Shown here: one piece after another, positions 21,932 through 33,168 of the stretch
Position numbering within the stretch: position 1 is the first letter of the stretch
Layout of the letters: each line of letters starts with the position of its first letter
From: Collodictyon triciliatum
Taxonomy: Eukaryota
Reading direction: 5' to 3'
DNA length: 33,168 bases
Assembly: GCA_043381765.1 (NCBI GenBank)
Contig: JBHJMP010000888.1
Coordinates: forward strand, 1-33,168
Notes under the pieces: model-generated
What the model saw: the letters and a program-made list of their open reading frames with translations, nothing else
Told to the model about the DNA's origin: nothing
Databases searched by the model: none
Program-made: the position numbers and the translations under genes

Positions 21932-23689
21932 TTAAGACGGCTTTTTTCTGCGGAAGAGTACAGTTAGTGAGCAAGTATATACTTATTGGTAGGGGCTATA
22001 ATCGATAGAATAAGAACAAACTTTGGGTCACGGCCAAGTGCTTGATAATATCTCATCCGAAATTCTTGGCCTGACGATGATGATGCGCTGGAATAGCTCC
22101 GTCCGATGTAGTTGGTCCGTGTCGGATGAAAACTGGATGGAAGGATGATTGGGTGGGATGTGTTGGGCTCAAAAGCACCAGTGTGAGAAACGCTCCCTGA
22201 ATTGGCCGCCAGTCTTGAAGAGGACAAACTTTGTGTAATTTGCGTGCGATTTGGAGACCGGCCACGCTCAGAGGATGACGATGCACTCGAATTTGTCAGG
22301 TCAGAAAGAAGAAAGGATGGCGCAGCACCTGAGTAGTCACTGGCAGCAGGAGGCGGATTTCCTGCATATGCGGCTGAGAAAGAGTAGAGCGGAGACATCG
22401 CCTGTACTTGAAGCGGATGGGCACCCCTGTATCATTGGAATTACTTCCCTTGAGCTTGGTGTCATGATGGAATATGTGAATGTACAAAAATACCGGTCAG
22501 ATAAGCCTGCGCTACTCGGCATGCTGCTCACGCTCTCTGCGCCATCGCGTGGGCTCCCGGGGTCTGACATGATGTCTGATGCGCTTCTTGGCTGCTGCGT
22601 AGGAAGCCATGGGAAAAAAAAAGGAGAGAAACGGGATGTAGCATAGCCGTTAAGGCTAAAGCAGATAATAACTGTGATAGAATTTTGATTGCTTACCAAG
22701 TGATACACAAATTGTTGCGATTGGATCTGATAAAGGAGCTCTTGCAGTCGCATAACCTCATTATGAAGCTTGGTATTCTTTTTAACTTGATGACTGAGTT
22801 TCCCTCGGACAACCTTGCGGATTAATGATGTTACATTATCGATGATACAGGGAAATACAGACATTATATATTATGGATGTTCGTTTGATGTCAGAAGTAC
22901 ATTGAGATCATTCTGGAATCTCTCCACAGATCTGATGAGTTCATCATTGGTGATATCTAGATTCTCTCTTTCTTTTTGTTCCTGTGCGAGTTCATCTTGC
23001 GAGGCCTTTTTTTTAAATTTTTTTAATCATCATTATTGTTTATGGAAAAAAAAGTGTTGTGGTACTATACGCAATAAACACAATAACTTTGTAAAAAATA
23101 CGATGAGCGTATTAAAATATGAAATTCTATTTATATGCAAAGCAAAGCAACAACAACCGTACCTTTAACATGGCAGCCATTTCATCATATGATGACTCTA
23201 ACATCTCTTGCTTTTGAGCATGCTCATCTCGGATTGCTTGCAGTCCATTCAACTGCTCATTTAAGTCCTCTGTATGTGCCAATAGTGCTGCATGTGCAAG
23301 TTTGAGGCGAGCATTCGTATCCGACTTAAAAAAAAAGAAGGTTAAATCAGTCTTTTTAAAAAGAATATAAAAACACATAAATCACGTGTAGATTACCGCT
23401 ACCTAACTTATACACATGAAAAAGAAGAGTGCAAACATACATACATACATACATACATACATACATACATACATACATACATACATACATACATACATAC
23501 ATACATACATACATACATACATACATACATACATAAACCCCACGGGCTGTAAAAGTCATGTCCTGGTATGAGATTTGAGCTTACCTCCCAGACGAAGACA
23601 ATGAATATGGCGAGAATGAAGGATGCCCATATATTAGAGAGCAGAAACAAGTCAGAGTCCATCGCAGTGTCCTTTGGGCCCTCAACTTC
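21932..23689 (-). CDS. Hypothetical protein, 3' part (TM helix + coiled coil + Ser-rich disordered tail); 5' end lost in the gap
   Basis: In-phase exons: EVEGPKD...LFLLSNIWASFILAIFIVFVWE|SDTNARLKLAH...AAMLK|ASQDELAQEQKERE...DLN|VVRGKLSH...|QPRSASD...R|GAHPLQVQAMSPLYS...RDPK|KKPS*. Branch-like CACTAAC precedes the last acceptor. The last exon is uncertain (unspliced stop at 21964). Confidence 0.7.
23436..23535. repeat. (CATA)25 microsatellite, intronic
   Basis: Perfect tetranucleotide array. Confidence 0.97.
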
Positions 23690-23745
23690 CTACTCGGACA
23701 GTGCAAGGGCTTAAAAAGAAAGTAGAAAATAAACATATGATCAGC

Positions 23746-24678
23746 NNNNNNNNNNNNNNNNNNNNNNNNNNNNNNNNNNNNNNNNNNNNNNNNNNNNNNN
23801 NNNNNNNNNNNNNNNNNNNNNNNNNNNNNNNNNNNNNNNNNNNNNNNNNNNNNNNNNNNNNNNNNNNNNNNNNNNNNNNNNNNNNNNNNNNNNNNNNNNN
23901 NNNNNNNNNNNNNNNNNNNNNNNNNNNNNNNNNNNNNNNNNNNNNNNNNNNNNNNNNNNNNNNNNNNNNNNNNNNNNNNNNNNNNNNNNNNNNNNNNNNN
24001 NNNNNNNNNNNNNNNNNNNNNNNNNNNNNNNNNNNNNNNNNNNNNNNNNNNNNNNNNNNNNNNNNNNNNNNNNNNNNNNNNNNNNNNNNNNNNNNNNNNN
24101 NNNNNNNNNNNNNNNNNNNNNNNNNNNNNNNNNNNNNNNNNNNNNNNNNNNNNNNNNNNNNNNNNNNNNNNNNNNNNNNNNNNNNNNNNNNNNNNNNNNN
24201 NNNNNNNNNNNNNNNNNNNNNNNNNNNNNNNNNNNNNNNNNNNNNNNNNNNNNNNNNNNNNNNNNNNNNNNNNNNNNNNNNNNNNNNNNNNNNNNNNNNN
24301 NNNNNNNNNNNNNNNNNNNNNNNNNNNNNNNNNNNNNNNNNNNNNNNNNNNNNNNNNNNNNNNNNNNNNNNNNNNNNNNNNNNNNNNNNNNNNNNNNNNN
24401 NNNNNNNNNNNNNNNNNNNNNNNNNNNNNNNNNNNNNNNNNNNNNNNNNNNNNNNNNNNNNNNNNNNNNNNNNNNNNNNNNNNNNNNNNNNNNNNNNNNN
24501 NNNNNNNNNNNNNNNNNNNNNNNNNNNNNNNNNNNNNNNNNNNNNNNNNNNNNNNNNNNNNNNNNNNNNNNNNNNNNNNNNNNNNNNNNNNNNNNNNNNN
24601 NNNNNNNNNNNNNNNNNNNNNNNNNNNNNNNNNNNNNNNNNNNNNNNNNNNNNNNNNNNNNNNNNNNNNNNNNNNNNN
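23746..24678. other. Assembly gap (933 N)
   Basis: Run of N; ORFs spanning it are artefacts. Confidence 1.
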
Positions 24679-24799
24679 AAAAAAAGGAAAAGAAAAAGAA
24701 AAGTAAGGAGTAGTCGTTAGCATTAAAAGAAGGTTTCTCGCGATGGGGTTGGAAGGCTAAGAGTTTATCCCAGACATGATTGCACAAGATTGGCCAGAT

Positions 24800-25174
24800 A
24801 CCAAGGAAGCTGAGGGTGCTTTTATAATAGCGGTTGCCTGCTAAAGAGATTAAGTAAAGATAGAGAAAATAATTCCAAACGGTGTGGGTCACCAGGAGGC
24901 AAGCAGAATATCCATGACGAAACATTCCACTGTGCGAGCAACGCTTATGACCCTCATCCAAACAGTCTCCTCTGACTCGAATATCATTTCCCTCGTAGGA
25001 GGTGCTCTCCCACATAATGATTTTCGAGTGATTTAATCCCAGATATCACCCACTCGCTCGCCGCAACTGCCGTGTGTTTGTGTCTGTGGGTCGGGTTGTG
25101 ACTCTCCCTTGTTGACAGGTCGTCACTCACAATTTGACCTTCTTACCAGTATCAAGCACGACAGCTAATGGCAA

Positions 25175-25205
<31 letters not shown>

Positions 25206-25772
25206 GTCTGCCATCATATTACATATGCCAGCTGCAATGCGCTTGTGTGCCTGCAGACTTGCTGTGCGGTTGCTTTCGCTGCCAGGCTATTGGCTTTGAC
25301 ACGTTCAAAGAATATCGAAGTCGGTCGATAGCAGAAAGCAAGTCTTGCGCAAGTATAAATGTAATCGGTGTCGAAATATCATTTTTCTTCTTGTTTAATA
25401 AACAAAATCGAACCATATGAAATTTTCTATGTGATATTCTTTATATTCCAGACTTGTGGGATTTGACATGTCCTTATCTAATAGAAAACCTGTTCAGTAA
25501 CAGCACACAAGACGCGATATTTGCCGCTGTGTCCCACAGGAGATCAGCACATGTCCCAACAAGTCTTTTCTTTTCTTTTCTTTTCTTTTCTTTTCTTTTA
25601 TTTGATCAACAATCCGTCCACTTATGCCCTTTCAGAATCGTGCGTCACAATGCTTATGCTCAAGCATGATTGAATGCTGCCCCCCGCTGGTCTGAATCCC
25701 CTTTTCTTTCTTTTTCTTAAGTTGAACTCATCACTTGCTTACTTCTGGCACTGGGGTTTCTCTTCTTTCCAT
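24800..25772 (-). CDS. Possible 5' exons of a minus-strand gene, perhaps the same gene as 21932-23689; model incomplete
   Basis: Candidate exons MERRETPVPE|gtaagc (from 25772), LVGTCADLLWDTAANIASCVLLLN|RLAFCYRPTSIFFERVKANSLAAKATAQQVCRHTSALQLAY|gtaata, separated by AT-rich or repeat-containing intron-like blocks. Not all junctions could be phased. Confidence 0.3.
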
Positions 25773-25804
25773 TCTCTTCTGCTTCCGGTTTTTTGTTTCT
25801 GTAG

Positions 25805-25904
25805 ATGAATACACGATCGCCCACAGGTTACCGTGCCTCGACGATCACTACTGCGATCCCATGTAGGAATATCATTTTACTATTTGACTATTAAAGCCAT
25901 ATTT

Positions 25905-25995
<91 letters not shown>

Positions 25996-27682
25996 TTAGT
26001 AAACACATATTCAGTTTTTTTTTTTAGACACAAAGCAGTAAATACCTTTTCGTTTGATGATCGGTTCGTTCCTCACCCATGACGAGCCCCTCCCAATATT
26101 TCATTTTTCTTTTCTTTATCTTTATTAAAGGTTTTTTTTTTTGTTGACTACTAGTCCCGACCGAGTCAACGAATTCGTTCGATCAACATGAAATCACTGC
26201 TGGACTCGTAGCTAAAGTGGTGATGCTTGGAGACTCTGGTGAGTGAACCTTATGGACTATCAACCTACTTGATACTTTTTTTTCGACTGAACTACACTTT
26301 CTGGCACCATCTTTGAATGTGCCTGTGTAAAGTTGCATTCTTTAAATTATACATATCCATAATCGAGCAAATGAAGATCAGTTTAGCAGAATGTGCCAAG
26401 AAAACATGATTCACAAAACATATTCTCCTCCGTTGATTTCTGCATGTTTCATCCTCTTTCCTGATGTAGTTCCATTACATCACAATCTATTTTCTCATAT
26501 TTTTTTTTTTTTTTACCATGTCAGTACTGGTAATGGTCTCATTCTAATACTTTGTAGGTGTCGGAAAATCAAGTTTGGTCGTTCGATATGTTGATGAAAT
26601 ATTCACACCCACAATTAAAAGCACTGTGGGCGCTTCATTTTTTACGAAAAAGTTGTATGTATCCACATAATTTGAAGCCTTAACTATGTTCATATAAATT
26701 GCATTTTTTTTTTATCATTTCTCAGCGATAAAAATAATTGGCATTAAAATGTTATAACACAGTATTATCGATGATACCAAAGTAAAACTGCAGATATGGG
26801 ACACTGCAGGACAAGAAAGGTTGAAAATGAGAAGGATACATGTTTTAAAATAATCAAACTTTCGACTCTTTAGTAACTTCTCTTTCTTTCACTCTTTTTC
26901 TAAACAACAATACTGATGGTAATCGACTGATATTTAACGCCCAAAATGAATCACCATAGGTTTCGTTCGTTGGTATGGTCAAAATAGTTTACGACTTAAC
27001 GTTATTCCGATGCTGAAAATGCCATAATCAACAATCACACACATAAGTTTCTCATTTTTATTCAAAGCTCTGCACCAAATGTAAAACTATCATATTAGAC
27101 CCCGATGTTTTACCGAGGTGCTTCCGCGGCTGTATTAGTCTTTGATGTGACGAACGAGCAAAGTTTTGAAAAATTGAAGGGATGGGTCGAAGAACTGAAG
27201 CAAAACATAGAGGAATCAATCGGTAATCTTTGTAAATCACGACCCATAAAGCGAGTTTGGGTGGCAACATGGCCAGATATACCGTGGCGACAATCGACAT
27301 ATCAACCAAAACTAACACATCTACTCAATGGTATATCTCCATCATAGTAATCACCATTGCAGCAAATAAAATCGACTTGGAAAGTTCAACTAGAGTTACA
27401 AAGGAGAAAATAAAAGGCAAGCCAAATAGTCTGTACTTTGAAAATGAACCTTTTTTTTTTCCCTTACAAATTTCAATACATGCAGAATACGCTGATACAA
27501 TCCAAGCGACTATATTTGAGACATCTGCAAAAAGCAATACTGGAGTGACCGACATGTTTACTTCGATTGCTAAGCAGCTAGTTTTCATCGCCAAAAGCCC
27601 CCAATCACCCAAGCTTGTCGCAACAGCAACACCCACACCAGAAATACATGAGGAGCGCAAAGAAAAAGGCTGCTGCAGCTAG
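25805..27682 (+). CDS. Rab GTPase, Rab5 group (most like Rab22/Rab31), 8 exons: 25805-25826, 26155-26238, 26558-26654, 26763-26819, 26960-26972, 27099-27222, 27348-27416, 27486-27682
   Basis: KVVMLGDS|GVGKSS, STVGASFFTK, LQIWDTAGQE|RFRSL|TPMFYRGASAA, IAANKID, ETSAK, and C-terminal prenylation motif GCCS. Exon 1 is the least certain. Confidence 0.93.
25904..25997. repeat. (TTTA)n microsatellite of about 23 units in Rab intron 1
   Basis: Tandem array seen directly. Confidence 0.95.
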
Positions 27683-28521
27683 TCAACCCTTCCTACATTT
27701 TCTCCTATTTTTCTTTCCACCTATCTCCTCCATCATGGAGCATATTAATGACTGCGGGTTGCTCTTGAATGATGTTGAGTTTGCTGAGACCTATGCTTGT
27801 GTTCAACGCCAAACGAGGATTCAGCAGCCAACAACGTTTTGAGGTGCCAAACAACGGTCCAGGCTCCAGAAAGTTAAGACAAACAGACAAACGAACACAC
27901 AAACACACAAACACACAAACACAAACAAAAAATAGAAGAAAACAAATATCTCTTATCATTCACCATTGCAATTCATTTTTTTCTGGCATGAATTCTTTTC
28001 CAACCCTGAACAAAGGTATTTTTTTTTTTATACTCAAATAAACCCTCACAATCCCAGACTTTTTCTCTGCCACTTGCTTGCATCAATCCATCCACTTTTC
28101 ATCACAACAAACAAGAAAACAAAGAAATGCTGTCTGTATAAAAGCTCGGTTAGAAGAGAAATCATATCCAAACTCAACCCTAATTCCGCGAATAGCGCAT
28201 TGCGCAGCGTTTGATGGGCGAAATGAAACCTTGCAAAATAAACGGATGAAAGCAGCGCCCAACCAAAGTCACAAAGATTCAACTCGACCCCATTTATACT
28301 TTCGCACTCCATTAATCCAAAGCTCAATCGATTCAAATGACATACAAGACGTGTCCTATTGCTTTTCCATTTTCCCGTTTTTTTTTTATACCTAAATCAA
28401 ATAACAAAGTCACGTAAATCTTTGAATGGAATAAAGTCAATCAAATAACAAACATGCGTAATTGCTAACTTCCAAAAAAAAAAAGGAAAAAAAGGAAAAA
28501 AAAAGGAGTACGCGGTTGACT

Positions 28522-29707
28522 ATGGGAGCCACGCACACAACGCAGAGGAAAAATAGCCCAACTGATCAGCAAACTCAGGAGCTGTGCGAAATCAGCGAGC
28601 TATCTCGAGGCTACAGCTACGACGACCAAGGCGCAGAAGAGGCACTGATTAACTGCTCGTTCCTGAGCATGTCCTATCGACGCCTGACCGCTTTGCCCCA
28701 AGGGCTCTCTCTTCTAACTGGTCTAATCCGCCTGAACCTGCCATCGAATCGCCTCCAGTCTTTCCCTCGCGCTCTGTTCACATCGACAAGGCTCAGAGAG
28801 TTGTGCATCCCTGGAAATCATCTGACATTTCTACCCCATGAAATATCTCACCTGTCATCGCTGCAGATGCTCGACATCAGTGGCAACCAAATGAGCGAGC
28901 TTCCGCAGTGGATTTCTTCCATGGCAGCCATCACCCGACTGGACATACAAGGGAATCCAGTAAGAAATGAGTCGAATAGAAGATGTTTCAATCGGTCAGA
29001 ACCGTGCACATAATGCCTCTTCTATGACATCTAAAATCATTCGCGAACAGATTAGACGTTTGGCAAAAGATGTAGCAGGTCTAGCAAACCTGAAGCACTT
29101 GCAGATACAATGCATGGTCACAGGTTGTATCCAGTTGGCACGAGCCTCGTGGGACTTGACCACTTTGCCATGTTGGGCGAACCATGAAATACCATCAAAC
29201 GGGGCGATGACAGCCGCAGAAGCTCTCCAAACACTAGAGTTGTTTGAAAGGGTTATATCCGATACATCCCTACAATATCTGCGCACGTTGCCACATGAAT
29301 GGGATTACGTTCAATCATTGGATGTCTCATCAAACAATGTATTTTTCTCTCATTGATCCAGAGATTATAATCCCTCACTGTCCTTGCGGGCGGTTATCGG
29401 TCCATTTTTTTATGCAATATTGTTATCTAGATATCACGTCTCCCGGAATCATTTTCATGTCTTTTAAGGTTGAAAAAGTTAAACCTGTCTCATAATAAGG
29501 TGATCAATTATACATAACCTATTTGACAATAAACTAACTTAAAACATACTTTGAAAAGCTACTCAGAATTAATGGCATCTATGAATATGAAGCATCGACT
29601 GAAATCGCAACTTTATTTTATCCTAGCTGGAATACTTTCCATGCTGCCTTTTTTCCCTGATCTATATAGAGTCATTCTATATATCAGATAACAAGGTAGC
29701 AAGCTAA
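28522..29707 (+). CDS. Leucine-rich repeat protein with N-myristoylation motif; exons 28522-28959, 29051-29338, 29431-29499, 29627-(29695/29707); 3' end uncertain
   Basis: Starts MGATHT (MGxxxT). Repeats LIRLNLPSNRLQSFP, LRELCIPGNHLTFLP, LQMLDISGNQMSELP, VQSLDVSSNN|ISRLP, LKKLNLSHNK|LEYFP fit LxxLxLxxNxLxxLP, and the introns fall at the same repeat position. Confidence 0.85.
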
Positions 29708-30699
29708 TTTTTAAATCAAACTGACCAAAACGAATAATATTAAGGCTTCATCTTTAATGCATCGAATTTTTTTTTCCCTTTATTCGATTCAAAGTGTAGC
29801 GAGGTTATGCCATACAAAATCTTTAATGTATCGAAATATACAGATATTTGGAATTGCAAGCTAGGCTTTCCTGGATGTATTTTTAAAATCCCACATCAAT
29901 TTAACAATTCCAAAAGAAAAACATCAAATAATATACAAAGGCCTAATGAGATATAGTTTACCAGCTGCTTTTTTAAGAATGAGTTTTTTTTTTTAACGAA
30001 AAGAATCAATATCTCGAAGAAGATGCCCATATTGTTTTCTTTGCTCATTCCAACCAGGCAGACATATGAAGATAATCAATCAAAGAGAGCAAAAGGCTTC
30101 AGTTCGAGGATACATTTGATCAACTGGCTGTTGTATAGTCCGGAGATGTCTTTGATTGGTTACTGCTTTATCCAATTCAGAAACATACTAGTTGTGAACA
30201 AAGATGATTCCAACGCTACTTGATTGACACCTGAAGCAAAGAGATGATAATATAAGTTCTTAAAATGTCGAGACATCCCTACAAGTCTGCCGAGCAAATA
30301 AATGACGAGATTTCACACGGAAGGAAATACATTTGCTTTTTTCTTTTCTTTCTTTTATCCTGACGGTCGAAATAAATTCTGAATAAGATGTTATTCACTC
30401 ATGCACGAGATACACCAATCAAGTTTCATTAAAAAGGATTGTTCAATTAGTTTTTATTTCCAACCGAAGTGCTGTTTTTATTTATTATTAAAGTGGAAAA
30501 GACGAAAACAATTTACAAAAAAGAAACCGAATACACTTTTCTCACGAATTGCCTGCTTTTAGTGCGACGTGCTTGTTTATAAAGCTCAGCAGAGTCAATA
30601 TTATACAAATATATATAATACAACAAATAAGCGAGATAAATATTTTGTTGCGTGTGGTGGTATGATGTGTTTGAGTAGAGAAACAAAAAGGAAAAAAAA

Positions 30700-33041
30700 A
30701 AGTATCATCTGATATCTGCATCTTTTCTTTTCTTAGCGGCTAACCGAGGATGTTCTTGTTCCTCGACATTTTCATCGTCTAATACATGATGAAGCAATAC
30801 TAAAGGTTAACACATATACGATATATAATTTTCACAAAACAACCAATAAGATTTTATTACCTGGAATAGCCTCATTAGTGGACTGGTCTGACTTATCCCA
30901 GTTTTCGATACAGTCATCAGCGTCCTGGTCATCGACGGGGCTAGGGGTGATAATTTTCACCATAAGAGGCGCAATAAAAGGAGGCAATCAATATACCACG
31001 CAAAGTCTCAATCTATTTTGTAGTGTCATTGAAATCACGACGTACCGAACCCTCGAATTCAAGGTTGGTACCACTTTTATCTTCAAACGAGGATGTATTT
31101 TTTGATTGATGGGTGTCTCTGCTCTTCTTAATGGCAGCTGGAATAAGCTTGCGAAATCAACTAAAAGAGAAAAGGAGGAAAAAAATCGAAGGAGATGAAT
31201 ACGCTTCTTAAATACAGTATAATTAGCTCAATAATTCTTTTGATGGAGCCTGCATCTTACCAGTCCACTTAAGTGGTCCTATCTGACAAGTTCCCTCTTT
31301 GGTAACAGGAACATAACGGTCTCGAAATCGCCTTTCGTCAATAAATTAGATGAGCATTATTGATGGGACATATCGTAACCACAATTGATTAAGAAATGAC
31401 CAGAATTGAGGGAACAGTCGAAACGATTGATAAAATCAAAATGACAAACTTGCAGAAGCAAAAAATGTGCATCCTCAATATGTGATAGAAACAGGTACTC
31501 ATCGTGGCAAAGTCAAGTAGAATCTACGGATAAGATAGCTTACATCCAATTTCACTTTGAATAGCAATTAAAGTAATTCACACAGGAAACTAAGGTAACT
31601 CATAAGATTGTTGTAGATTAAAAGTATATTAATGAAATAAAGTAGACATAAATCGTGAATACAGTAATTTCAGTCAATGACATAGTAGTGGTACATTTGA
31701 AGCAAACCTTATCAGGGACAATCGGTGGGATGCAGTAGCATATGAAAGAAAAGAGAAGGATGCAAAAGAAAACAGTACCATAGCATAGAATAAAGACAAA
31801 TACACCAATATTTCCGTGAGACTGAGCCAAAATCCATAAGTTTGCAAAAAACTGCTGAATAGAGCTGAAAAAAGAGCCCTCAGGAATACCGGGATATATG
31901 TACACAACATCTTCAGAGAAGTAGGTAATCTGATGCATATAAGGAACTACTTTCCACGGATTCGAGCCATCGGTGATGACTAGATTAACACATGATGGTG
32001 AAGTTAGATTCAGAGATGGACTGAATCCAGTGACAGCATGGTTGCCTTCCCAGAAAGTGAAAGGAAGTAGTGCATCGATTATTGAGAGTTTTGAACCAAA
32101 CGTTATTCCATTTCCTATTATTGTGTGTGTGTGTGTTTTTTTTTTACTCTAAACAGATAGCTCCGATTAACAACTTCACAGTATAATTTACCTAGGATGG
32201 CTAGTTTTGATCCTCCAGCCATGTGAGAGTACGATGAAGATACTGAAAAGATATCGGGCCACTAGATGGAAACCAGAAAAAAAAATACATTCTCTACATG
32301 ACAAAAAGGTGAGAGGATTCATCTTGTATTATTAATGGAAATATTACTGAGATATCAGTGCTGGGAAGTCGGTTAGCGCAGAAGTGAAGGACTGATTCTG
32401 GACAATAGATATATCCAGAGTATCCGATGGGCTGGATTCTTTTGTCTCCTCTTTCGAAGCAAGAGTACCAATAGCCTTTAACTTGAATCTAAAATAATAT
32501 GATTTTCGTTTGCATTATGGTGAATTTTTCCAAAAGAATTATAACGATGAGAAAGAGATATAAAAAGCCCAAAGTCCATAAAATATTTTTGTTACCCTTA
32601 TAGTAGTCGAGTTTGTACAAATTGAATTATAACACATAGGAAGCTTCTCTGCTTGTGTCATATTCAAGTCGCTCCTCATTATTGCAAGAGAGCTCATAAA
32701 GCAGTTCGACATTTGAGAACTTTCTTCTCCTCTGTCATAGGCAACCGATAACAGTGAGCGGCAGTCTGGCATATGGTAAATTATGCGAATGATTCCCACC
32801 ACTAATTAAAAACTTGCATATATATTCTTTCCTTCCGTATAAAATATCCTTAAGCGTGAGCTTGCTTAAGACAATAAGTTTGAAAACTATATGCTCGGGA
32901 AACTAAATTGTACAAACCTTCATAAGGCTTATACGATGGGCAAAAATCATCCAAGAGCGAATCCCCTCCCAAACGCGGATTACTGAAGTATTGATAATCT
33001 TTTGGTAAATCATCGTTGTAGATTACCAATGAGCAGTTGGC
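30700..33041 (-). CDS. Leishmanolysin/GP63/invadolysin-like metallopeptidase (family M8), C-terminal part with IPT/TIG-like domain, TM helix and cytoplasmic tail; 5' part outside the window, stop not resolved
   Basis: ANCSLVIYNDDLPKDYQYFSNPRLGGDSLLDDFCPSYKPYE is the M8 YQYF...GG...D-x-CP motif. It is followed by Cys-rich SNCFMSSL...CYNSIC...WYSC...GYIYCP...FC, TIG-like WPDIFSVSSSYSHMAGGSKLAIL|GNG, and hydrophobic IGVFVFILCYGTVFFCILLFSFICYCI. HEXXH is not in the window. Confidence 0.85.
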
Positions 33042-33084
33042 CTGAAATAATGCAAATGTTTATGAATCTATATAATTAATCAGC

Positions 33085-33168
33085 AAAAAAAAAAGGAAAA
33101 AAAAAAGGAAAAAAAGAAAAAAAAAAGAAAAAAAAAAGAAAAAAAAAAAAAAAAAAAAAAAAAAAAAA
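33085..33168. repeat. Poly(A)-rich low-complexity tract (intronic in the M8 gene); a similar A/T homopolymer block lies at 1-90
   Basis: Seen directly at both window ends. Confidence 0.9.

Noticed and set aside
23581-25015. Long ORFs of 348-424 aa in the ORF track
   Set aside because: They are artefacts of translating the N gap.
15904-27682. U12-type (minor) introns or introner-like repeated introns
   Set aside because: No RTATCCT donors or AT-AC introns among the inferred junctions, and no sequence similarity between introns by eye.
156-33041. Alternative genetic code (stop-codon reassignment) explaining the fragmented ORFs
   Set aside because: Conserved genes reconstruct fully with introns and no in-frame stops; TAA, TAG and TGA all occur as terminal stops.
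1-33168. Transposase, reverse transcriptase, Fanzor/TnpB, intein, tRNA or rRNA genes
   Set aside because: No diagnostic motifs seen on either strand; short rRNA-like words such as GATTAGAGGT are isolated.

Overview
Nuclear genomic DNA of an AT-rich, very intron-dense eukaryote (probably a protist; taxon not identifiable from the window). It uses the standard genetic code and has a 933-N assembly gap at 23746-24678. Manual splicing recovers about nine genes: a DEK-C+SWIB (UAF30/Spp27-like) chromatin protein; a complex I NUXM/NDUX1-type subunit; a cyclic-nucleotide-binding-domain K+ channel with a GFG filter; a probably mitochondrial, degenerate crotonase-fold protein; ADA2 (18 exons); a TM+coiled-coil protein cut by the gap; a Rab5-group (Rab22/31-like) GTPase; an N-myristoylated LRR protein; and the 3' part of a leishmanolysin/M8 peptidase with a TIG domain and TM anchor. 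The main unexplained signal is a non-coding, nested, highly base-paired segment at 2726-3093 (+), possibly extending to about 3660, which matches no RNA family I recognise. Splicing is also unusual: about 10 introns per kb, degenerate donors, many AAG or poly(A)-preceded acceptors, a 13-nt microexon and an in-frame GC-AG intron. All exon models and folds were derived by eye and need RNA-seq or computational confirmation.
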